Shown in pieces: positions 19,492-42,290 of a DNA stretch of 64,000 bases (its first letter is position 1; every line of letters starts with the position of its first letter). The notes under the pieces are model-generated. The model did not search any database. It saw only the letters and a list, made by a program, of their open reading frames with translations, and was not told the DNA's origin. Made by a program: the position numbers and the translations under genes. This DNA is from the human T2T-CHM13v2.0 reference genome, Homo sapiens, in assembly GCF_009914755.1 (NCBI RefSeq), contig NC_060942.1; one strand, written 5' to 3'.

Positions 19492-20113
19492 CTACCAAAC
19501 ATTTAAGGAAGAAATAATACCAATTCTAAAGAAGTTCTTCCAGAAAATTAACATGGGGAAGTACTTCTCAATTCTTTCTATGAGGCCACTACCCTAATAT
19601 TAAAACCAGACAAAGACATTACTGAAAAACAAACTACAAAACAAAACACTATAAGCCTATATCTTCCATGAATATAGTTGCAACAATTCTCAACAAAATA
19701 TTAGCAAATCAAATCAAACAATGTATAAAAAGAGCTATATACCACAACCAGTGGGATTTATCCCAGATATGAAAGGCTTGTTCCACATCAGAAAATCAAT
19801 GAATGTAATCCATCAAATCAATAGGCTAAAGAAGAAAAATCGCATGATCAATAGATGCAACAAAAAAAAGCATTTAACAAACTCCAACACCCATGCATGA
19901 TTAAAACTCTCTGTAAACTAACGAATAGAGGGGAACTTACTCAACTGGATAAATAATTTTTACCAAAAAACCCACAGGTAAGATGGTACTTAGGGATAAG
20001 AAAGTAGAAGCACGCCTGTAATCCCAGCACTTCAGGGGGCCAAGCTGGCAGATCACCTGAGGTCGGGAGTTCAAGACCAGCCTGACCAACATGGAGAAAC
20101 CCCATCTCTACTA

Positions 20114-20419
<306 letters not shown>

Positions 20420-20654
20420 TCACAGCTCACTGCAGCCTTAAACTCCTGGGCTCAAGCAGTCCTCCTCCCTGAGCCTCCCAAGTAGCTAAGACTATAGGTC
20501 CTTGCCACCACACTCATCTAATTTTTAAATTTTTTGTAGAGTCAGGGTCTCACTATGTTGCCTAGGCTGGTCTCAAACTCCTGGTCTCAAGCAGCCTACT
20601 GCTTCAGCCTTCCAAAGGACTGGAATTACAGGTATGAACCACAGCACCCAGCCT

Positions 20655-20980
20655 ATATATAAAGATATATTGTATACAATATAGAGAGATGTAAATATAT
20701 TTATATATTTCTTTTTATGTATTTATTGAAAATATAGGTTTATATATAATTTTATATGTAAATAAATATAAATATAGTTTACATATATTATGTTTATATG
20801 GATATATAAAATAATTTTATATAAGCATATACATTTTTATATATTTTACATATATAGTCTATAAATATAAACATAAATTGTACATATATGTTTATAAGTA
20901 TAAACATATTTTTGTACATATTCTGTATATTTATATATTTAACATATATTCATGTTTATAAATATATATCATATATATGC
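20655..20980. repeat. TA-rich low-complexity tract
   Basis: Degenerate (TA)n, almost free of G and C. Confidence 0.9.
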
Positions 20981-21695
20981 ATCACATTACTTCTGTTCTC
21001 CAGAAAACCATGACTAATACAAAGACATACAAAAAACAAGTAGCAAATGTTAGAAGTCCTTCCTTCTTATCTTCAATTACTTTAGGGCTGGGCGCAATGG
21101 CTCATGCCTGTAATCCCAGCACTTTGGGAGGCTGAGGCAGGTGGATCACTTGGGTCCAGGAGTTAAAGACCAGGCTGGGCAACATGGCAAAACCCTATCT
21201 TTACAAAAAATACAAAAATAAGGCAGGCATGGTGGCACATGCCTATAGTCCCAGCTACTTGGGAGACTAAGGCAGAAGGATCATTTGAGCCCAGGATGAG
21301 GAGGTTGCAGTGAACTGAGATCACACCACTGCACTCCAGCCTGGGCAACAGAGTGAAACCCTGTCTCAAAAAAATAAATAAATAAGTAATTACTTTAAGT
21401 GTAAGTGGATTAAACTCTCCATTCAAAAGGTAGAGACTGGCAAAATGATTAAAAAAAAAAAAACATGATTCAGCTGTATGCTGTCTACAGGAGACCCAGT
21501 TTATATCCAAAGACACAAATGGGTTAAAAATAAAGGATGGAAAAAGATATTCTGTGCAAATAGTAATTAAAAGAGAGATAAGAGGCAGGGCGCAGTGGCT
21601 CACGGCTGTAATCCCTGGGAGGCCAAGGCCGGCGGATCACAAGGTCAGGAGATCAAAACCATCTTGGCTAACACGGTGAAACCCTGTCTCTACTA

Positions 21696-21947
<252 letters not shown>

Positions 21948-21986
21948 CTAATCTCAGCACTTTGGGAGGCCAAGGCAGGCAGATCA

Positions 21987-22238
<252 letters not shown>

Positions 22239-22537
22239 TTATAAGACACAAGGAAGGACATAATATACTGACAAAAGGATCAATTCATCAAGTAGATATA
22301 ACAATTATAAACATATGCACACCATTCAACAGAGCCCCCAAAATATATGAAGCAAATATTGATAGAATTGAAGGTAGAAATAGATGGTTCTACAATAATA
22401 GCTGGAAACTTCAATACACTACTTTTAATAATGGATATAACATTTACACAGAAGATCATTGGGAAATGGAGGACTGTGTGTGTGTGTGTGTGAGTGTGTG
22501 TGTTGTGGTTTTTTTGTTTTTGTTTTTGTTTTTTTGA

Positions 22538-22696
<159 letters not shown>

Positions 22697-24047
22697 TAGT
22701 AGAGACAGGGTTTCTCCATGTTAGTCAGGCTGGTCTTGAACTCCCGACCTCAGGCGATCCACCTGCCTCAGCCTCCCAAAGTTCTGGGATTACAGGCGTG
22801 AGCCACTGCAACCGGCCATGTTGTATTTTTAAGTCAGGATCTTGCTCTGTCATCCAGACTGGAATGCAGTGGCACAATCACAGCTCACTGCAACCTTGAC
22901 CTCCTGGGCTCAAGTAATCCTCCTGCCTCAGCCTCCCAAAGTGCTGAGATTATAGATGTGAGCCACCACACCCAGCTAAACAATACTATAGCTCACACCT
23001 GTAATCCCAGCACTTTCAGAGGCTGAGGCAGGCAGATCACTTGAGTTCAGGAGTTCAAAACCAGCCTGGCCAACATGGTGAAACTTTGTCTCTACTAAAA
23101 ATAAAAAAATTAGCCAGGCATGGTGGCGCATGCCTGTAGTCCCAGTTACTTGAGAGGCTGAGGCAGAAGGATTGCTTGAGCACAGGAGGAAGAGCTTGTA
23201 GTGAGCAGAGAGCATGCAACTGCACTCCAGCCTGAGCAAAGGGAGTGAAACCCTGTCTCAAAAAAAATAAAATAAAATAAACCATAAACCAACTAGACCT
23301 ACAAGACGTATATGCAGAGCTCCTCCCAACAACAGAATACACATTCTTCTCAAGTGCACAGGAAACATTCTCTGGGATAGACCATATGATAGGCCACAAA
23401 ACAAGTCTCAATAGATTTAAAAAGACTGAAATCATGCAAACTATCTTCTCTGACCACATTGGAATGAAGTTAAAAATCAATAACAAGAGGAAAACTGGAA
23501 AACTCACAAATATGTGGCTGTGAAACAACACACCCTCAAATAGCCAATGACTGAGAGAAGAAATCACAAGGAAAATTAGAGAATACTGCGAGACAAAGGA
23601 GAATAAAAACACAATATGCTGAAACTTATGGATGCAGTGAAGGCAGTTCTCAAACAGAAATTTATAGCTGTAAATAGCTACATTTTAAAAAGAAGAAAGA
23701 TCTCAAATCAATAACTTTACACCTTGAGGGAATAGAAAAAGAACGAACTAAACTCAAAGCTAGATGAAGGAAAAAAATAATAAAGATTAGAGCAGAGATA
23801 AATAAAATAGAAAAGAGGAAAAGCAATCGAGAAAATTAACAAAAACAGGAGTTGGTTCTTAAAAAGATAAATAGGCCGGGCCCAGTGGCTCACATCTGTA
23901 ATGCCAGCACTTTGGGAAGCCGAGGCAGGCAGATCATGAGGTCAGGAGTTTGAGACCAGCCTGACCAATGTGATGAAACCCTGTCTCTACTAAAAATACA
24001 AAAATGAGCCAGGCATGGTGACACGCACCTGTAATCCAAGCTACTCA

Positions 24048-24176
<129 letters not shown>

Positions 24177-24344
24177 CTATATTGCCCAGGCCAGAGTGCA
24201 GTGATATGACCATAGCTTACACAAGCCTTAAACTCCCAGGTTCCAGTGATCCTCCTGCCTCAGCCTCCCAAGTAGCTGGGACTATAGGCATTTGCCACCA
24301 TGCCTAGCTCTAATCCTTTTCCTGTAAAAGGTCAATAGTAGTTA

Positions 24345-24485
<141 letters not shown>

Positions 24486-24488
24486 TCA

Positions 24489-24740
<252 letters not shown>

Positions 24741-24901
24741 TTATCTTTTTTTTTTGAGATGGAGTCTTGCTGCTCTGTCACCCAGGCTGGAGTGCAGTGG
24801 CACAATCTCAGCTCACTGCAACCTCTGCCTCCTGGGTTCAAGCCATTCTCCTGACTCAGCCTGTAATCCCAGCACTTTGGGAATCCGAGGCGGGCTGATC
24901 A

Positions 24902-25134
<233 letters not shown>

Positions 25135-26139
25135 TTAAGAAGACTTAAATAAGTGAAAGGGTATTCCATGTTAGTGGATTGGAAAACAATATTGTTAAGA
25201 TAGCAAAACTGCCCAAAGCCATCTACAGATTCAGTGCAGTCACAACTCTAAGTGCCTGCCTGCTTGCTTGTTTTCTTTATCTTTCTTTCTTTCTTTCTTT
25301 TCTTTCTTTCTTCCTTCCTTCCTTCCATCCATCCTTCCTTCCTTCCTTTCTTTTTCTTTTTGCAGACATGAAAATGCAATCTTCAAATTCATATGGAATT
25401 GCAAAGGGCCCCAAATACAACCTTGAAAAAGAATACAGTTGTAGGATTCATACTTCTCATTTACAAAACTTCATAAAATCAAAACTGTAGGTATTGGCAT
25501 AAGGACAGACATATAGACGTACAGAATATAATTAAGAATCCAGAAGTAAATTCATACATGTCAACTAATTTTTGACAAGGATGCAAAGTTCATCTAATAG
25601 AGAAAGAATAGTCTTTTCAACAAATGGTTCTAGGAGAACTGGATGCAAAAGAATGAGTTGGAGCCTTACCCCTCACACCATATACGAAATTAGATTGATT
25701 TATTTACTTATTTATTTAGAGACAAAGTCTTACTCTGTCACCCAGACTGGAATGTAGTAGTGTGATCATAGCTCACTGCAGCCTCAACCTTTGGGCTGAA
25801 GTGATCCTCCCACCTCATCCTCCAAAGTAGCTGGGACTACAGGTGCACACCACTATACCTGGCTAGTTTTTTAAATTTTTTGCAGAAATAGGGTGTCACT
25901 ATGTTGCTTACACTGGTCTCAAACTCCTGGCCTCAAGCAACCCTCCTACCTCATTCTCTCAAAGAGCTGGGATTATAGGTATGAGCCCCTGCACCCAGCC
26001 AAATTGTATATTTAGATGGTTTAAATGACAAATTTATATTGTAAATTTTTAGCACAATAAAAAAGAAAAAAATGCTTCAATTAAAAAAAAAGAAAAGAGG
26101 TCAGGTGCGGTGGCTCATGCCTGTAGTCCCAGCATTTTA

Positions 26140-26730
<591 letters not shown>

Positions 26731-27999
26731 TTACATAAAATGTCCAAATAGGCAGATCTATAGAGACGGAAGCAGATAGTGGCTATATAGGGTTGATGGA
26801 GGGAGGGGAGGGATTGGGAAGGGTGCTAGCTAAGGGTTTCAGGTTTCTTTCCAAGGTGATCAAAATGTCCTAAGATCAATTGTGGTGATGGTTGTACCGC
26901 TCTTTGAATGACCTAAAACCATTAATTTCAACATTTTAAATAGATGAACTATATGGTATATAAATGATATCTCATTGAAGCTATTTTTTTAATGGGCAAA
27001 GGACTTGAATAGACATGTCCTCGAAGAAGACATACAAATGGCCAACCAGCACATAGAGAGAGGCTCAACATCATTAGCTGTCAATGAAAGTCAAATCAAA
27101 ACCACGAGATTCCACTTCACACTCTAGGAGGGCTGCAATCAAAAATACTATAGATAGTACAAAATAATATAGATGTATACATAATAAAGATAACAAGTAT
27201 TATCAAGAGTGTGGAGAAATTGGAACCCTCACGCTAGTAGGTCTATGGAAAACTGTCAATTTTCATAGGTTAAACGTAGTCATATGACTCAGCATGTCCA
27301 CTCCTGGGCATCTTCCCAAGATAATTGAAAGGATATATCCACACAGAAACCTGTACATGTGTTCATAACAAAGGTACATATGCTGTGTTCATAGCAGCAT
27401 TATTCATGATAGCCAAAAACCAGAAAGGGCCTAAATATGTATCAACTGAATGGATAAAATGAAATGTGGTGTATTATTACAATGGATTATTATTCAGCCA
27501 TAAAATGAAGACCTGATACATGCTATAGCATGGATAAACCTTGGAAACAAAGAAATCAGACATGAAAGACCACATATTATAAGATTGCATTTATACATAT
27601 GAAATATGCTGAACAGGCAAATCCATGGAGACGGAAGACGGTGATTAGGGATTGCCAGGGGCTGGGGGGATGGTTGATAGAGTGTGCAAGACTAATGAAG
27701 GTGGCTGCCTACAGCAGGCAGGATGGTGTGGACTGTCTGAGCTTCTCGGTGTGTGCTTTTTCACAGTGTTTACCTTATTGAACCATGTGAAAATATTACC
27801 TATTCAAATAAAATATAATACAATCTAAGACTATTAAAGGATGTTATTTTTTTCAGTGCTGAGTGAGATTACAAGTACTTTTGAAAAAATAATTTTATGA
27901 CTATGTATATTTTCCAAATATCTTATAATAAATGTATAATAGTTTTACGAGCAAGAAAATATAAAATGTTGAAATATAAAAGGTTCAGTATAAGGATGG

Positions 28000-32500
<4,501 letters not shown>

Positions 32501-33921
32501 CTGCTCTGTTTTAATAATATACTGGTACATCTTGTCCATTTGAGTCTCAAGATGTTTGTGAATTTAGTAAGAGAACATGTCCTTGGATTCCAGCAATATT
32601 CTATAAGTTCTTAGAATAGCTAGGTGCTGGCAGGTAGCTAGGCACTAGTAGGTAGCTACTTCTGCGACTTGCTCTGACAACGTGGCAGGTCGAAGTCTCT
32701 GTAAATAAGATCTTTACTACCATTGTATTTGAGGATCAGCGAAACATTACAGCCTTAGTTTTGTTATAGTCCTGGGGTAATAGATGAGGCAAATATCCAT
32801 GACAAATTGGAAAGAAACATCCCCTCAGAATCTTCTTACCTATTGGGAGAATGGTTTTCTCTCTAAGTTAAAACAAACTTTCTGATACAGTAGTTTTCAA
32901 ACTTATTTATTTTTAGCAGCAGTCTTTTGTAAAAATGAAAATTTGACATGGACTTTCAGTGTATAGAATCTGAATATATACAAACAAAAAGTAGGACCAC
33001 TGCTTGAAAAACTCCTCGGTTTACCCCCGAGCTGGTCAATAAGGTCATAGGGCTTCCCGGACTCGGCTTGAAACACACTAGACTAGACGGCTCTGTCAGT
33101 AATTACACTAGACAGAGCCCCCGCTGCCCCATGGCCAAGCCACTCCCAGTTTACAACCCCCTAGGAGTCACCCTTGACTCACTGAACAAGCAATGTTCAA
33201 GTGACTACTGTTTGCCACCACCTGGGTTAGACCCTAGGTACACAGAGATGAAGGAGGCTCAGGTCTCATCCTTGAGGAGCTCAGAGTCCATGCAGAACTA
33301 CTTTCTAAACTTTAGGGAGCATTGTAATTGCCTGGGCTGCTCATTAATATGTATTATTTCTGGTTTTCACCCCAGAAATGCCCATTCAAAAGGTAAGGGG
33401 TGGAGCCTAGAAAGTTGCATCTTTAATATGCATTAACCTAGTGGGAGAAACACAAACATAAACAAGTGCAGTAATGAGGAACCAATGTGCTGGGTGTGAA
33501 CGGAGGCAGCGGGAGGATTGCAGGATGACAGAGGGGCGTGAGAGGCACCCAGGCGGGCATTATGAGGCCTGGAGGGCATGCCAGCAGAGGGAGCCCCAAG
33601 GGGCAAATCCCAACTGCCTAGCTGTTAAAGTCTTCCAGAGGAGTGAGCCACAGCCAGGGCTGAAGGGGCCGCACAGTAGGGCTGGTCATACAACAGCAAC
33701 CTGAGAGGAGCTCGCTCACATCGTGCACTGCCTCGCATCACTGTGCTAAGGACTTCACACTTATTCTCCTTTCATTCTCACAAGTCCCACCACATAGTGC
33801 TACTAATATTCCCACTTCATGAATGATGTTGACATTTAGCGAGATTAAGTGACTTGCAGAAGGGAAACCAGGACTGGAACCCAGGTTTGTTCCTTTCCAA
33901 ACCCATGTCTTCAACTATTAA

Positions 33922-34178
<257 letters not shown>

Positions 34179-34225
34179 TGATCTGCCTGCCTCGGCTTCC
34201 CAAAGTGCTGGGATTATAGGCGTGA

Positions 34226-34531
<306 letters not shown>

Positions 34532-34589
34532 TGAGCCCAGCCCCTATTGCCTCTTAAAGGATGTAGACAAGGGAATGGACCAAAACAAT

Positions 34590-35070
34590 CTGTAAGAGGT
34601 AAATTCCAGAGGACTTGATGATTGGTTGGCTGTAAGGAGTGAGCAGTCATTCCCTATTCTCCAGCCTGGGGTGCCTGAGTGATGCCACTGACCTGAACAG
34701 TGCCTCCTGGAAGAGGAGCGTGCTGAGGAAGGAAGGCTCTGGTAGCTGCCTAGGGAATGGCCTGCAGGTAGCTGGATGTGTGGGAATGAAGGTTGGGTAG
34801 AAATCTGATATAGAGATATTGGTTTGGGAATCAGTGGAAACTGTGAAACTCAATGAGTTCACTCACAGAGAGAGGCCTTGAGTGAGAAGAACAGAAGAAT
34901 GGAGGAGAAGTAGAGTGTGCAAAGGAGGCAGCGAAAGGGAGTGTCATGGAAGCCAAGGGAGTGGAGTTTCAGCAAGAGTCACCTGAGTTCAAGTGACGTA
35001 GAGAGGTCCAGAAAGATGAGGGCTGAACAGTATCCACTGGATTGGCACGTTTGATGGTTGACGACCTTAA
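34590..35070 (-). mobile_element. L2 LINE fragment
   Basis: Purine-rich decayed L2 motifs (GGACTTGATGATTGGTTGG, TTTGGGAATCA, GTGTCATGGAAGCCAAGGGA, TATCCACTGGATTGGCA). Confidence 0.65.
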
Positions 35071-35492
35071 GGAGACAAGTTTCAGGAGCCCGTTACAGCA
35101 CGTCGCAGAAGAACTAAGTAGGAACAACAGCAAGCTGGAGAGAGCAAGCATGGACCATTCTTTTGAATGGCTTGAATGAGAAGTGAGGGCAAAAATTGCA
35201 GGACATGACAGGGAGTGGAGCAGCCTGGAAGACAGACTCCCAGTGCTTCTCTGCACGGGTTGGCATTTGCCACCATAAACTGCTAGGATGGCGAGAGTAA
35301 TCCATCCTTTGCCTTGTGAAAATGGGCTTTTGCAACCAGGCAGATGACTGTGGTTCTCAAGCCAAAGAAATGGAGAAGAGGCATCGCAGCAAGGGACGAA
35401 TTTTTCTTCAGAATTCTCCATTTCCTGGAAGTCTTCATTCCTAATTCCCACACCTGCTGGTGACAAGACACAGTCCTGATTTCCCTGCCTGA

Positions 35493-36138
<646 letters not shown>

Positions 36139-37232
36139 TAGCCAGGATGTTCTTGATCTCCTGACCTCGTGATCCGCCCGCCTCGGCCTCCCAAAGTGCT
36201 GGGATTACAGGCGTGAGCCACAGCGCCCAGCCTCTTTATTATTTATTTATTTTTTTTAAGTCAAAAAGACTTGGCCATATTTATAATCAAGGGTGGGATG
36301 CAGGGTGGAAGAAACCGAAATTTGAGTAAAGACTTGCAGAGCAGATTCCCCCACCACCCCGGGCCCCGCGGAGAGTTGGGGAGGTAGGCGTCATCTGAGG
36401 ACAGAGGGCAGTGTGGGGAGCTTGGTCTGGGTCCAGATCGTGACAGCATCTCCTGCAGATGGGATATTTGCCCTGTGTCTGACACTGTGTCAGTACTCAC
36501 TACCACCTGTGGGCCGTCCAAGGCCATGAATGAGGGGTGACCCAGTGTGGGCCCCAGCAGCCGCACTCCAGAGCCTGTGCCCTTAACCAGCACAAATCAA
36601 CATACAGCTCCACCGTATCTAACCAAAGGGCCCAAAGGCAATAGAGATCACACTTCTTGGATTAATTTTCTCTACGTGGCAAGCAGCAAAGTCATCAACC
36701 CAGAGAGAGAGGGAACGCGAACTGACAAGGAGGTGCGGGGAGCATGGTCCGGGTTGGGGGAGGGTGATGACCAAGGATGAATGTATTACCCTTAGGGACC
36801 TGGATAAAACAAGATACCTGGAATGTCTTCTTTGACAATCGGTAAGATCCTGCCCTTTCTCCAGTAGCACAGAGTCATTTGGGCTCCTACCAGAGAGGGC
36901 CGACTGCAGCACGGAGGGACAGAATGGAGGGACCGGAGGCGGGAGCAGCTCAGATTAGCCCTGATGAGGTGCAGGACAGGTAGGATGGGCAGGACAGGAG
37001 GGCCGGGAGTAGGAGCTAATGGAGTGTTTGGGGGCTGGGGGTGGCTATGAGGTTGAAGAGCAGGTGCCACCTGAGTGAGGTGGCAAAGAGGGAAGGACTG
37101 GAGACTGTGCTCAGAGGATGGGGGACCAGTGAGGGCTTAAAGATACATATACATTAGATGGGATTCAACAATGCAGCCATTTATAATAAAAAACCACGAC
37201 CGAGGCTAAGGAGGGTCGCTGGTGGGCTGAGT

Positions 37233-37716
37233 TGCTCTAGACTGAATGTTTGTGTTCCCCAATTTCATATGTCAAAGCCTAATTCCCAGTGTGGTGGTAT
37301 TGGGAGGTGGGGCATTTAGGAGGGGATCAGGTCGTGAGGGTGGAGCCTTATGAACAGGATGACTGCCCTTATAAAAGGGACCCCAGGGAGCTCCCTAACC
37401 CCTTCTGCCACGTGAGAACGCAGCAAGAAAACACCATCTAAGAACCAGGAAGCCGGCCCTCACCAAACACCAAATCCACCAGGGACTTGATCTCCCCCAC
37501 CTCCAGCACTCTGAGAAATGATTGATGTTTAAACACATTTATGCCTGAAGTTGCAATTTTTTGAATTTTTGCTATCAGACCTTGGTAATAACTTTGAGCA
37601 GTAGGATATAAATAGCTCCCACATGCTTAGCGTTCCGATAATGGAATACTAGGCGTAAATGGGTTTAAGCTGCCCAGTTTGCGGGATTTTGTTGTGGCAG
37701 CCAGGGCAGACTATGA
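37233..37716 (+). mobile_element. ERVL-MaLR solo LTR (MLT1A-like) interrupted by MER85
   Basis: Start TGCTCTAGACTGAATGTTTGTG, internal GCCCTTATAAAAGGGACCCCAG, and 3' TTTAAGCTGCCCAGT...CAGACTATGA typical of MLT1A. Confidence 0.8.
37534..37663. mobile_element. MER85, non-autonomous piggyBac (PGBD3-derived) MITE
   Basis: 13-nt imperfect TIRs CACATTTATGCCT ... AGGCGTAAATGGG; TTAA on both sides (37529-37532 and 37665-37668); internal sequence matches the recalled MER85 consensus. Confidence 0.9.
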
Positions 37717-39652
37717 GGGAGTGGCTATGTCCTTGAGAACTGTTCCTTTACTCTCTCTTTCTTCCTTCCTTCCTTCCTTCCTTTCTTTCTTCTCTTTTCT
37801 CTTTCTTCTTTCTTTTTTTCTTTCTTTCTTGCTTTTTTAAAATTTCTTTCTCTCCTTCTTTCTTCTTTCTTTCTTTCTTTTTTTGTTTTTGATGGACTCT
37901 CACTCTGTCACCCAGATTGGAGTGCACTAGGGCGATCTTGGCTCACTGTAACCTCTGACTCTTGGGTTCAAGTGATTCTCCTGCCTCAGCCTCCCAAGTA
38001 ACTGGGATTACAGGTGCCTGCCACCACTCCTGGCTAAATTTTTGTATTTTTAGTAGAAATGGGGTTTCGCCATGTTGCCCAGGTTGGTCTCAAACTCCCG
38101 GCCCCAGGTAATCCGCCCACCTCAGCCTCCCAAAGTGCTGGGATTACAGGCATAAGCCATCATGCCTGGCTTTACGTTTTCTTTCTTGCTGGTGATTTTT
38201 ACCCTCCTGCTGGCATTGAGATGGCCACACCAGTTCCAGAAGCTAAACAATGGAGAAGACTTGCTCTTTGGACCAAGGGTCTTTTTCCTGGCAGCCTCTC
38301 AGCAGTCACCCTCATGTCTCCCAGGCCTGTGCTGGGTCACATGAAGGCACCTAAGTGAACCTCAGACCCTCAGACCACAAGGCAGCCTTGCAGCAAGCGG
38401 GGCGGCTTCCCTGAGGCACTGAGTTTGAGGTAGGTACACCACAAAGTCAAGGTTCTGTTAGGGAGGAAGAAGGTCCTTATAGTGGGATACTGGCGTTTGA
38501 GATTTTTGAGGTGAAAGAGTTCAAAATGTGAGCAAGAGGCCAGGCACAGTGGCTCACGCCTGTAATTCCAGCACTTTGGGAGGCCAAGGCGAGCAGATCA
38601 CCTGAGGTCAGGAGTTCAAGACCATCCTGGCCAACATGGTGAAACTCCATCTCTACTAAAAATATAAAAATTAGCTGTGCGTGGTGGTGGGCACCTATAA
38701 TCCCGGCTACTCGGTAGGCTGAGGCAGAGAATCACTTGAACCTGGGAGGTGGAGGTTGCAGTGAGCCAAGATCTTGCCACTGCACTCCAGCCTGGGTGAC
38801 AGAATGAGGCTCCATCTCAAAAAAAAAAAAGACAGGAAGGCCCAGGGACCACAGGCCTCTGGGTGGGTCATCCATGGGGATATTGACATCACCCAGAATT
38901 ATGGCACAAGGTGGCTGGGGCATGGAGAGGGACACAGCAAGCCAACCTGCCAGACCCCATAAGTGGAGGGGTGCTGGAGAGGAGCAGGTGACAGACAAAG
39001 AGGAAAGGGGGGTGGGGTGTGCTTCTTTTCCTTCTCCCTGAACCCCGTTGACTATAAGCACCTACTGCTTCGTCCTACTGCTCTGGGCAGGTGCCCATGT
39101 CTCTTCTATCTAGAGCAACAGCTTCTTGCCTGGCCTCCCTGCCTACCCATGCTCCCTCCACTCCCTGGTTTCCAAACTTCACTGCATTCCGGAATCCTCA
39201 GGGAGCTTCTCAAAACCTAATGCCCAGGCCACACTGTAGTCCAGTTGAAGGAAAGTCCGTACGGCTGCTTCCAAGCTTCAGCGCTTGCCAGAACTCCTCG
39301 GGTTATCCATTATCATGCAGCCCAGGTTGGAACGACACCTCTGCCTGTCCCCACACTGCCCATTCTCTTCTCAAAAGCCAGGTGGAAGTGGTACAGTTCT
39401 TTTGGAATTTGTCTAGCAGGTCTTCTTGTTTTTACTGGAAAATCCTCCAAAGGAAAAAACAATAAAAAGGCAGTAGGAGCAGGTCATTCCCATTCATTCA
39501 AAAAACAGTTGTCTGGCTAGCACCGTGGCTCTCACCTGTAGTCCCAGCACTTTGGGAGGCCAAGGCAGGAGAACTGCTTGAGCCCAGGAGTTCAAGACCA
39601 GCCTGAGCAACATAGCAAGACCCTGTCTCTACACTATCTTTTGTTTTTATTA

Positions 39653-40033
<381 letters not shown>

Positions 40034-40184
40034 TGATCCCCCCCTCCTCGGCCTCCCAAAGTGCTGGGATTATAGGCATGAGCCACCACACCCGGCTGAC
40101 CCTGCCTCTTAAAGAGAGAAAAAAGGCCAGGCACGGTGGCTCACGCCTGTAATGCCAGGCCGAGGAGGGCGGATCACGAGGTCA

Positions 40185-40566
<382 letters not shown>

Positions 40567-42095
40567 CTATGGCAGAGGACAGCTCCACGGCATCCAGTAG
40601 TCACCTCTAAACCCGAGGTGGGGAGGGGGCTAGAAGCCTTCCCAGAAAGGAGGCCCTTTCCGGCTTCGCCGTCTTCATCTCCACTTGACTTTGGCCTCCC
40701 AGAGACGGCCAAGCCTACCTCCTGGACCTAGCTTGAGTTAAACGGTTTTGCCTCACAAATCTCAAATTCTAAAACCTGTCTGAGCTCACCATGAATTATA
40801 AAGCCTTTTGTAATTCATGTGACAACTTGTGCCATGAGCTGTGGCTCCCGTCTCCCTTTCTGGACTCAATTCTTGCCATTTGCCATGGGACCCTACAGTC
40901 CAGCCTCCAGCTTCTGGGCCTTGTGTATTCTGCTCTCCTCCCAGGAGGATGCCTCCAGGACCAGCACAGAGCAGGGCTCTCTGGGTGGAGGAAACTGAAC
41001 CAGTTCCTGGGATGAAGAAGGTGAGGGCATGTGCAGGAATCACCATAGCTCAGGTAGGCTGAGGCCAGTGCCCCTAGGACGGGGAGGGGTCTCCTTTAGT
41101 GTCAGCGTCTCCCGGAGAGCTGGTCAAACCACGAGTTCCCGGGCCCCACCCCAGAGATGCTGCATCCTGGGTGTGAGGCGGGGCCTGAGAGTTTACCTTT
41201 CCAACACACTCCTGCGCTATGCAGCTGGCTCTGGACCATGGGAGGTGACACGGAGTGAGGAACAGGGAGAGACAAGAATAGAATGTGGACTTAAAAAAAG
41301 ATGTATCTGTCAGCATAGGACTTTAAGATGAACTTTATTTATTTATCGTGTACCTACTATGCTTCTGACTCTGGAAACAGCAAGAAGAAAAATAACATAG
41401 TTCTTGATCTCAGAATAATTTTAGGTCTGGTGCCATGGCTCATAACTGTAATTCCATAAAATGACAGCACTTTTGGAGGCTGAGGTAGGAGGATTGTTTG
41501 AAGCCAGGAATTTGAGACCAGCCTGAGCAACTAAGCAAGACCCTGTCTCTACAAAAAAAGAAGAAGGAGGAGGAGGAGGAGCAGGAGGAGGAAGAGGAGG
41601 AGGAGAAAAAGAAGAAAGAAGAAGAAAAAGAAAGAAGAAAGAAAAAAGAGTCAGGCGTGGTGGCACACCCCTGTAGTCCCAGCTACTCAGGACAAGAGGC
41701 TGAAGCGGGGAGGATCCTTTGAGCCCAGGAGTTCAAGGCTGCGGTGAGCTATGATCACACCACTTCACTTCTGGCCTGCCTGGACCACAGAGAGAGACAT
41801 AATTTTTTAAAAAAAGAGAAATTTTTTTAGCCCAGTGGGAGAAGCAGAGAAATACGCAGATGATTTTAACACACTGTGGTGAGTCTGAGGGAGGTGCATC
41901 CGGGTGGATGTGTAACTGCAGAGGGGAAGCTGCAGAGGAGTGACCACATCTGCCCCAGGGCTTGGACGCCCAGTGGAATTCCGATAGCAGGGTGTGAAGT
42001 AGATTTGAGGGTGAGGCTGGATGCTGTGGCTCACGCCTGTAATCCCAGCACTTTGGGAGGCCAACGCTGGTGGATCACCTGAGGTCAGGAGTTCA

Positions 42096-42290
<195 letters not shown>

